Source of the DNA: Bacillota bacterium
GTDB taxonomy: Bacteria; Bacillota; Clostridia; Peptostreptococcales; Anaerovoracaceae
NCBI GenBank assembly: GCA_029008005.1
Contig: JAQXIX010000026.1
Coordinates: 3,870 to 67,869, forward strand
Length of the DNA: 64,000 nucleotides
Direction of reading: 5' to 3'
The translations under genes and the position numbers were made by a program. Under the pieces are notes generated by a model. That model was not told the origin of the DNA. It saw only the letters and a list, made by a program, of their open reading frames with translations, and did not search any database. Of this stretch, positions 56,722-64,000 are shown piece by piece (the first letter of the stretch is position 1; each line of letters opens with the position of its first letter).

Positions 56722-58830
56722 ATGGCAAATGCAAAAGCTAAAGGTAAAACAACAGCGAAAAAGAAACTTGTGATAGTGGAATCACCTTCGAAAGCGAAGA
56801 CTATTGGTAAATTCCTCGGGTCGAGTTATAAGGTGATTGCATCAGTAGGTCATGTCAGGGATTTGCCTAAAAGCAGACTTGGGATTGTGCTTCCGGAAGA
56901 AGCGGATACAGAAAAAGGAACTGAAGCCTTTGATCCTCAGTATATTAATATCAGGGGTAAGGGTGATGTAATAAAAGAACTTAAAAAAGAAGCACAGAAG
57001 GCATCTAAGATTTATCTGGCAACAGACCCGGACCGAGAAGGTGAAGCAATATCATGGCATCTGGCATTTTTGCTTGGGATAGATATACACGAAGAATGTC
57101 GTGTTGTTTTTAATGAAATAACAAAAAAAGCGGTCAAGGAGGCTATGGCAAACCCGAGAGCGATTGACCTTAATCTTGTTGATGCGCAGCAGGCAAGACG
57201 CGTTCTTGACAGACTTGTCGGATATCAGATAAGCCCTCTTCTGTGGGAAAAAATATCGAGAGGACTGAGTGCGGGAAGAGTGCAGTCTGCAGCCCTCAGG
57301 ATTATATGCGACAGAGAAAGAAAAATACGGGCATTTGTTCCGGAAGAATACTGGACAATAACGGCACAGTTTAAAAAAGGGGAGAAATTTGAAAGCAAAT
57401 TCTTTGAATATAAAGGGGAAAAACCTGTAATTCATAATAAGAGTGAATGCGATTTTATTCTCAGTGAACTTGAGAAGGGTGAATTTGCTGTTGAATCCGT
57501 TGAAGAAAAAGAGAGAAACAGGAATCCTGTCCCTCCTTTCACAACAAGTAGCCTTCAGCAGGATGCAGCCAACAAGCTGAACTTTACAACAAAAAGGACC
57601 ATGAGAGTTGCGCAGCAGCTTTATGAAGGACTTGAAATTAAGGGAAGAGGAACTGTAGGTCTTGTATCATATATCAGAACTGATTCAGTAAGACTTTCTG
57701 CAGAGGCAAGAGCGATGGCCAAAGATTTTATCATCAGCAATATGGGTGAAAAATATTACGGCGGAACTTTTTTTGCGAACAAGAAGAAGGAAGTTCAGGA
57801 TGCTCACGAAGCAATAAGGCCTTCCTATGTTGAGATAACTCCTGATGAGATTAAAAATCAGGTTACTGCCGAACAGTATAATCTTTACAGACTGATATGG
57901 AAGAGATTTGTTGCGAGTCAGATGGCAGGAGCTGTTATTAAATCTGTGAAAGCTGTGATTGCCAATGGAGATTATAAATTCAGGGCAACAGGGTCAAAAG
58001 TGATTTTTGACGGTTTTCTCAGGGTTTACTCATCATTGAAGGATGTTGAGGAAGACAAGCTTCTTCCTGATTTGGAAATAGGCGAGAAGCTGACAGCCCA
58101 GAGCGTTGAAGGAGAACAGAATTTTACTCAGCCGCCTTCCAGATATACTGAAGCGACGCTGGTTAAGGAACTGGAGGATAAGGAAATCGGAAGACCGAGT
58201 ACTTACGCTCCGATTGTAGGAACTCTTTCGGACAGAAAATATATTAAGAAAGAAAAGAAGTATCTCGTTCCTACAGATTTGGGATTCACAGTGACTGAAA
58301 TGATGGGAGAATATTTCAGAGAAATCGTTGATGTGGACTTTACGGCAGAAATGGAAAGGAAGCTTGACGAAATAGAAGAAACGGGATGCTCCTGGAAAAA
58401 TGTCATTGTCGATTATTACGAAACTTTAAGCTCAGAACTTGAGCGTGCCAGAACAGAAATATCGAAGACATCGGTTGAACCGGAATTTACGGGAGAGAAT
58501 TGTGAACTTTGCGGCAAACCTCTTGTAAAGAAGCACGGCAGATTCGGCGATTTTATTGCATGCAGCGGATATCCGGAGTGTAAATACACAAAAAATATCG
58601 TGCAGGGAACCGGAGTCAAGTGTCCGGTGTGCGGCGGAGATATTATTGCCAGAAAATCAAAACGCGGGAAAACTTTTTTCGGGTGTTCAAATTATCCGGA
58701 ATGCAAACAGGCGTACTGGAATAAGCCTGTGAATGAAAAATGTCCTGAGTGCGGCAGTCTTCTTGTTGAAAAAAAGACTAAAAACAGCAAATATGCATGT
58801 TCAAACAGTGAATGTGGATTTAAAAAATAA
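56722..58830 (+). CDS. topA: DNA topoisomerase I
   Basis: IVESPSKAK, ATDPDREGE, SAGRVQS and YIRTDS motifs, plus C-terminal Zn ribbons. Confidence 0.97.
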   Translation: MANAKAKGKTTAKKKLVIVESPSKAKTIGKFLGSSYKVIASVGHVRDLPKSRLGIVLPEEADTEKGTEAFDPQYINIRGKGDVIKELKKEAQKASKIYLATDPDREGEAISWHLAFLLGIDIHEECRVVFNEITKKAVKEAMANPRAIDLNLVDAQQARRVLDRLVGYQISPLLWEKISRGLSAGRVQSAALRIICDRERKIRAFVPEEYWTITAQFKKGEKFESKFFEYKGEKPVIHNKSECDFILSELEKGEFAVESVEEKERNRNPVPPFTTSSLQQDAANKLNFTTKRTMRVAQQLYEGLEIKGRGTVGLVSYIRTDSVRLSAEARAMAKDFIISNMGEKYYGGTFFANKKKEVQDAHEAIRPSYVEITPDEIKNQVTAEQYNLYRLIWKRFVASQMAGAVIKSVKAVIANGDYKFRATGSKVIFDGFLRVYSSLKDVEEDKLLPDLEIGEKLTAQSVEGEQNFTQPPSRYTEATLVKELEDKEIGRPSTYAPIVGTLSDRKYIKKEKKYLVPTDLGFTVTEMMGEYFREIVDVDFTAEMERKLDEIEETGCSWKNVIVDYYETLSSELERARTEISKTSVEPEFTGENCELCGKPLVKKHGRFGDFIACSGYPECKYTKNIVQGTGVKCPVCGGDIIARKSKRGKTFFGCSNYPECKQAYWNKPVNEKCPECGSLLVEKKTKNSKYACSNSECGFKK

Positions 58831-58901
58831 AGGTGTATTTATAAGCACATGTGTGTATAATAATAGTAATAATCTTTTTTTGACAAAGGAGGTATAAATT
58901 A

Positions 58902-59438
58902 ATGGGACAATTTCACGCCACTACGATATGTGCAGTCAGAAAAGGTGATGATGTCTGCATAGGCGGTGACGGTCAGGTCACTATGGGCGAAACTGCCATA
59001 ATGAAAAATGGTGCAAAAAAAGTCAAAAAAATCTACAGAAATTCGATTATAACCGGGTTTGCCGGATCGGTTGCGGATGCTTTTTCTCTTACTGAAAAGT
59101 TTGAAGGGAAACTGGAGGAACACAGCGGGAATCTTAAAAAGGCAGCAGTTGCGCTGGCACAGCTGTGGCGTTCGGATAAAGCTGCCAGAAATCTCGAAGC
59201 ATTGATGATTGTGGCTGATAAGGAAGATCTTCTTGTAATTTCCGGAACAGGTGAAGTGATTGAACCCGATCAGCCCTTTGTTGCAATCGGCTCGGGAGGA
59301 AATTATGCATACGCGGCTGCAAATGCATTGTATAACAATACAGATTTAAGCGCAGAAGAAATAGTAAGAAAATCTCTTGCAATAGCTGCGTCAATTTGCG
59401 TATACACTAACGATCACATTTCGGTTGAGAAATTATAG
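58902..59438 (+). CDS. hslV: ATP-dependent protease subunit HslV (ClpQ)
   Basis: [19 protein letters not shown] and IGSGG motifs. Confidence 0.95.
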   Translation: MGQFHATTICAVRKGDDVCIGGDGQVTMGETAIMKNGAKKVKKIYRNSIITGFAGSVADAFSLTEKFEGKLEEHSGNLKKAAVALAQLWRSDKAARNLEALMIVADKEDLLVISGTGEVIEPDQPFVAIGSGGNYAYAAANALYNNTDLSAEEIVRKSLAIAASICVYTNDHISVEKL

Positions 59439-59448
59439 GAGGCATAGT

Positions 59449-60885
59449 ATGGCAAATAAACTTTATCAGATGACTCCGAGGGAAATAGTAGCTGAACTGG
59501 ATAAATACATTATCGGACAGGATGAGGCGAAGAAATCAGTTGCAATAGCTCTGAGAAACAGATACAGAAGAAGCCTTCTTTCAGATGAAATGAGGGAAGA
59601 AATAACACCTAAGAATATTCTTATGATGGGGCCTACAGGCTGCGGTAAGACAGAAATCGCAAGAAGACTTGCCAAGCTTATGGATGCTCCTTTTGTTAAG
59701 GTTGAGGCAACAAAGTTCACAGAAGTAGGCTATGTAGGCCGCGATGTTGATTCAATAATCAGAGATCTGGCAGAAGCATCAATAAGAATAACGAAGCAGC
59801 AGATGCTGGAAGAAAAATACTCTATTGCTGATGATATTGTTGAAGAAAGAATAATAGAAGCGATAATACCGGGAAAAAAGGGAAAGGTTGCCGACCAGCA
59901 GAACAGGGGGCCTTTTGATTTCATTCTCGGAAACAGCGGATATGTAAGCCAGAAAGAACAGTATGAACAGCAGCAGGCTCAGAAGGCGGCTGAAGAAGAT
60001 GCGGCAACGGACACAGGGCTTGCCAGAGAACAGGTTCGTCAGCAGCTTAGAGACGGTCTTCTTGAGGAACAGTATATAGAAATACAGGTTACGGAAGCGC
60101 CGAAACAGAACAATCTTGACATGAACGAAGGCGGCATGATTCAGATTGGAAACATCTTTGGTGATATGGCGCCCAAAAAGAAGAAAAACAGAAAAGTAAA
60201 AGTTAAAGATGCCAGAAAAATTCTCAGGGAGGAAGAAGCTCAGAATCTTATCGATATGGATCAGGTTACTGAAGATGCCCTTAAGAATGCAGAACAGAAC
60301 GGAATTGTATTCATAGATGAAATAGATAAAATCGCATCCGGTTCCGGATACAGAAGCGGCGCGGATGTTTCAAGGGAAGGCGTCCAGAGAGATATTCTTC
60401 CTATTGTGGAGGGAAGCGTTGTAAACACCAAGCACGGTCCTATTAAGACAGATCACATTCTTTTCATAGGAGCGGGAGCTTTCCATACTGCAAAACCTAC
60501 AGACCTTATTCCTGAGCTTCAGGGAAGATTCCCGATAAGAGTGGAGCTGGAGAATCTTGATAAGGAAACATTCGTTAAGATTCTTACTGTTCCGGAAAAT
60601 GCGCTTCTTAAGCAGCACAAGGCGCTTCTGGAAACAGAGGGAGTAGCGGTTGAATTTACAGATGAAGCTATAGATGAAATTGCAACAATGGCCTTCCTTA
60701 TGAATGAACAGACGGAAAATATAGGAGCGAGACGTCTGCATACTATTATTGAAAAACTTCTTGAGGATATTTCATTTAACATTCCTGATATGGATGAAGA
60801 AAAGATAACTATAGACAGGGATTATGTGAAAGAAAAGTTTGAAGAAAAAATTCATCCTGATGATTTGGATAGATTTATTCTGTAA
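59449..60885 (+). CDS. hslU: ATP-dependent protease ATPase subunit HslU (ClpY)
   Basis: [22 protein letters not shown] and ENIGARRL motifs; C-terminal RFIL. Confidence 0.96.
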   Translation: MANKLYQMTPREIVAELDKYIIGQDEAKKSVAIALRNRYRRSLLSDEMREEITPKNILMMGPTGCGKTEIARRLAKLMDAPFVKVEATKFTEVGYVGRDVDSIIRDLAEASIRITKQQMLEEKYSIADDIVEERIIEAIIPGKKGKVADQQNRGPFDFILGNSGYVSQKEQYEQQQAQKAAEEDAATDTGLAREQVRQQLRDGLLEEQYIEIQVTEAPKQNNLDMNEGGMIQIGNIFGDMAPKKKKNRKVKVKDARKILREEEAQNLIDMDQVTEDALKNAEQNGIVFIDEIDKIASGSGYRSGADVSREGVQRDILPIVEGSVVNTKHGPIKTDHILFIGAGAFHTAKPTDLIPELQGRFPIRVELENLDKETFVKILTVPENALLKQHKALLETEGVAVEFTDEAIDEIATMAFLMNEQTENIGARRLHTIIEKLLEDISFNIPDMDEEKITIDRDYVKEKFEEKIHPDDLDRFIL

Positions 60886-60894
60886 TGAGTTATT

Positions 60895-60934
60895 AAAACC
60901 AGGGAATTCGAGTAAAAACGGATTCCCTGTTTTT
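60895..60934 (+). terminator. Rho-independent terminator after hslU
   Basis: CAGGGAATTCG...CGGATTCCCTG-TTTTT. Confidence 0.65.
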
Positions 60935-61098
60935 ATGTAAAAAAGAAAACTTGTAAACTTTGAACATAAAAGCTGAATTGTGTCGCAAAAAGAAAAAATT
61001 TAGAAAAATCAAATTAATCAGTTGTGTTCAAATAACTGAAAGTGTATAATTAATTTATTGATATTCATTAAAACTTATCAAAAAGGAGCTATATAGAA

Positions 61099-61875
61099 AT
61101 GAGCGATATTCTTACCAAAATAAGGAAATTAAACTGGCTGCTTCAGGAAAGTCCTACAGGTGCTTTTTCGTTCAATGAAATGTGTGAGATACTCAGTGAT
61201 CTGATGGATGCCAATGTGTACGTTGCCAATAAAACAGGTAAGGTAATAGGCGTCAGCTATAAGATAAAATCAGACAGTTCGACTATAAAGGATGTTGAAA
61301 CAGGAATTGAGATTTTCCCGGGTGAATACAACGAGGGACTGATGAGCGTTCATCGTACAACTGCGAATATGTCGGGAGATGAAGCCTTGGAGATTTTTAA
61401 ATACGACTATGACACTTCGGATAAACTCCATACGGTAATTCCTATTATCGGCGGGGGAACAAGATGGGGAACGCTTGTGATGACAAGATACAATCCGGCC
61501 TTTGCTGATGAAGATCTGGCATTGGGTGAGTATGGAGCAACAATTGTCGGACTTGAGATTCAGAGAAGGAAGACTGTTGAGGAAGAAGAAGAAAAAAGAA
61601 AGGTAGCTATGGTACAGATGGCTATTGGAACCCTGTCGTATTCGGAAATAGAAGCAGTGCAGCGTATTTTCGCAGAACTTGAGGGAGATGAGGGGCTGCT
61701 TGTTGCAAGTAAGATAGCCGATAAATCCGGGATTACCAGATCAGTGATTGTCAATGCTCTCAGGAAACTGGAAAGTGCCGGAGTAATTGAATCCAGATCT
61801 TTGGGAATGAAGGGAACCAGGATAAAAATAATCAATCCTAAGTTCAAGTCGGAACTTGAGAAGATGGATGTGTAG
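61099..61875 (+). CDS. codY: GTP/BCAA-sensing pleiotropic repressor CodY
   Basis: LSYSE and ASKIADKSGITRSVIVNALRKLESAGVIESRSLGMKGT. Confidence 0.97.
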   Translation: MSDILTKIRKLNWLLQESPTGAFSFNEMCEILSDLMDANVYVANKTGKVIGVSYKIKSDSSTIKDVETGIEIFPGEYNEGLMSVHRTTANMSGDEALEIFKYDYDTSDKLHTVIPIIGGGTRWGTLVMTRYNPAFADEDLALGEYGATIVGLEIQRRKTVEEEEEKRKVAMVQMAIGTLSYSEIEAVQRIFAELEGDEGLLVASKIADKSGITRSVIVNALRKLESAGVIESRSLGMKGTRIKIINPKFKSELEKMDV

Positions 61876-61897
61876 TATTTAGACGGCTGAGAGATCC

Positions 61898-61933
61898 GAG
61901 ACCGATGGAATAATTGGTATCGGGTCTCTTTTT
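61898..61933 (+). terminator. Rho-independent terminator after codY
   Basis: GAGACCGAT...ATCGGGTCTC-TTTTT. Confidence 0.6.
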
Positions 61934-61949
61934 GTGATATTATGAGAAT

Positions 61950-63260
61950 ATGCTTAGATTTAACGAAAACAATGAGATAATACGTGAAGAAGAATATAAC
62001 GCAATAATAGTCGGACTTCAGAAGGGTCGGGATACTGAGAAATCAATGGATGAACTTGAGGGCCTTTGTGAAGCTGACGGTATTACAGTGCTTGCCAGAA
62101 TTGTACAGTCTCTCGAAAAACCAAACACAGCGACGCTTATTGGGAAAGGAAAGGTAAGCGAACTCGCCGAGATGTGTGAAAACATGGATGTCGATACGGT
62201 CGTTTTTAACGACGAGCTTACCGGTGTCCAGATGAGAAACCTTGAAGATGCACTTAATGTGCGAATTATTGACAGGACTATTCTTATACTTGATATTTTT
62301 GCGGACAGGGCAATTTCGAAGGAAGGAAAGCTGCAGGTGGAACTGGCTCAGCTGCAGTACAGAATGCCCCGACTTACCGGATTCGGCAGGTCTCTTTCCC
62401 GTCTCGGAGGCGGTATAGGAACAAGAGGGCCGGGAGAAAAAAAGCTGGAAACCGATCGAAGACACATAGCATCGCGAATAGACGATATAAAATCCGAGCT
62501 CAACAGGCTTGCGGCAAACAGAAAAATACAGAGCGCCGGTCGTGAAAAAAGCGGAATTCCTGTTGTGGCATTGATGGGATATACGAATTCAGGTAAATCC
62601 GCAATAATGAACTATATGATAAAGGCAGCCTATGACGGAGATGAAAGTAAGACTGTGCAGTCGAAGGATATGCTCTTCGCAACTCTGGATACACAACATA
62701 GGAGAATAGCTTTTGAACCGGGAAATGAATTTCTTCTGATTGATACCGTAGGTTTTGTAAGCGGACTGCCTCACAGCCTCGTAGAGGCCTTCAAATCGAC
62801 TCTTGAAGAGGTAAAGGACGCAGACCTTCTGATACACGTTGCGGACAGTTCTGCGGAGGATTGTGACTTCAGAACGGAAGTGACAAAAAAGGTAATCAAA
62901 GAAATCGGCGCAGACTTAGCTCCTGTTATTATGGCATATAACAAATGCGACATTGCAGAGGCGGATTTAATCGGATCAGAAGCCGAATACACATTATCTG
63001 TGTCCGCGAAGACCGGGAAAAACATGGGTGAGCTTTTGCGCTGTATTGAAAAAATGCTTTTTTCGGGACGAGTCAGAGCAAAATTCCTGATACCTTACGA
63101 TAAGGGCGGCATTACTTCATGGCTTTGCGAAAAAGGAAAAATCGAATCCATGGAATATGTTGAAGACGGAACGGTCATAACAGGACAATTTGACAGAAGT
63201 GATTTCAGCAGGTATGAAAAATATGGAACTATACAAGACAGTACAGAAAGAGGCAACTGA
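61950..63260 (+). CDS. hflX: Ribosome-splitting GTPase HflX
   Basis: GTRGPGE, GYTNSGKS, LFATLD, DTVGF and NKCD motifs. Confidence 0.95.
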   Translation: MLRFNENNEIIREEEYNAIIVGLQKGRDTEKSMDELEGLCEADGITVLARIVQSLEKPNTATLIGKGKVSELAEMCENMDVDTVVFNDELTGVQMRNLEDALNVRIIDRTILILDIFADRAISKEGKLQVELAQLQYRMPRLTGFGRSLSRLGGGIGTRGPGEKKLETDRRHIASRIDDIKSELNRLAANRKIQSAGREKSGIPVVALMGYTNSGKSAIMNYMIKAAYDGDESKTVQSKDMLFATLDTQHRRIAFEPGNEFLLIDTVGFVSGLPHSLVEAFKSTLEEVKDADLLIHVADSSAEDCDFRTEVTKKVIKEIGADLAPVIMAYNKCDIAEADLIGSEAEYTLSVSAKTGKNMGELLRCIEKMLFSGRVRAKFLIPYDKGGITSWLCEKGKIESMEYVEDGTVITGQFDRSDFSRYEKYGTIQDSTERGN

Positions 63261-63852
63261 AACTCAGATCATTGAAAAATCAAAGTTTATTGCCCATATT
63301 AAACCGGTAGAAAACCGGGAAGAAGCGGAAGCCTTCATTGATGAAATAAAACAAAGATACAAGGATGCGACTCATAATGTCCCGGCAATGGTTATCGGCG
63401 ACGGGTTTCAGGTGCAGTGGGCAAGCGACGACGGAGAACCTCAGGGGACTTCGGGTGCGCCGATAGTGCAGATGCTTGTAAAAGAAGGTATTACCAATGT
63501 GGCAGCAGTCGTAACAAGATACTTCGGAGGAATAAAGCTTGGTACCGGAGGCCTTGTCAGAGCATATACATCCAGCGTTAAGCTGGGTCTTGAAGCTGCA
63601 GGAATATGCTCGGTATATGATGGGTTTTCTATGGAGGCAGAGATTGATTACTCCTTCCTGGCGGTATTGCAAAAGCTGGAAGGAGAAAGTTTCACAATTG
63701 AGAAGCTTCAATACGGTGAAAAAGTAACTGCTGAGATTTTGTGTATGAAAGATAAAGAAGACGAAGTGAAAAGGATGATTTCCAATATTACTTCCGGAAA
63801 AGCCGTAATCAGAAATGAAAAAAATGTCGCTGTTAAAGTGCCTGAAAAATAA
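63223..63852 (+). CDS. yigZ: YigZ/IMPACT-family protein (alternative start 63214)
   Basis: KSKFI, DATHN, SDDGEP.GTSG and RYFGGIKLGTGGLVRAY motifs. Confidence 0.92.
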   Translation: MELYKTVQKEATETQIIEKSKFIAHIKPVENREEAEAFIDEIKQRYKDATHNVPAMVIGDGFQVQWASDDGEPQGTSGAPIVQMLVKEGITNVAAVVTRYFGGIKLGTGGLVRAYTSSVKLGLEAAGICSVYDGFSMEAEIDYSFLAVLQKLEGESFTIEKLQYGEKVTAEILCMKDKEDEVKRMISNITSGKAVIRNEKNVAVKVPEK

Positions 63853-63886
63853 ATATAGAAAAAATAAAAAATAATTAAAAAAAGTG

Positions 63887-63915
63887 TTGACAGATACCCA
63901 TGTCTTCTGTATAGT
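63887..63915 (+). promoter_or_regulatory. Strong sigmaA promoter of a tRNA gene or cluster, with an A-tract UP element
   Basis: TTGACA-17-TATAGT, preceded by A-tracts. Confidence 0.8.
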
Positions 63916-63951
63916 ATATAAGTGCGTCGGGCAGTTAAAGACGCGTAAGGA

Positions 63952-64000
63952 GGGCGCTTAGCTCAGCTGGGAGAGCACCTGCCTTACAAGCAGGGGGTCA
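63952..64000 (+). tRNA. tRNA-Val(TAC), 5' part (truncated by window end)
   Basis: GGGCGCTTAGCTCAGCTGGGAGAGCA D-arm and anticodon arm CCTGC-CTTACAA-GCAGG. Confidence 0.93.

Noticed and set aside
60990-61010. Possible CodY box upstream of codY
   Set aside because: The best match to AATTTTCWGAAAATT has about four mismatches in very AT-rich DNA.

Overview
A gene-dense, mostly housekeeping chromosomal segment of an anaerobic Firmicute. codY, a T-box, a CIRCE and an Na+-PPase are consistent with Clostridia, possibly Peptostreptococcales/Anaerovoracaceae (inference). It runs from a MoxR-VWA pair through T-box-ileS-rlmN, citrate synthase/pyc, a CoA-transferase, htpG, feoAB, rpoN-gap-pgk-tpiA-eno-secG-hppA, trkA-trkH-trkH, yraN-comM-dprA-topA, hslVU-codY and hflX-yigZ, to the start of a tRNA-Val. 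I saw no mobile element, prophage or CRISPR array. The most unusual locus (26.8-31.9 kb) is a tandem pair of genes that each fuse an XRE/Cro helix-turn-helix to a motif-complete acyl-CoA synthetase. The two copies have near-identical recognition helices and parallel TTGAAA-17-TATAYT promoters. A candidate palindromic operator (TGAAT-N4-WTTCA) occurs twice, 53 bp apart, around the second promoter. An acyl-CoA thioesterase and a QueG-like Fe-S protein follow. This looks like a candidate self-regulating 'trigger enzyme' system. Other notable points are a type-2 IleRS with a non-canonical GIHH signature, a GAPDH lacking the NAD-selective Asp in an operon without cggR or gpmI, several apparently leaderless genes (araC, rpoN, hflX, rdgB), and an SPFH-RHH operon with a palindromic operator. 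All protein calls come from recognising motifs by eye; no database searches were run.
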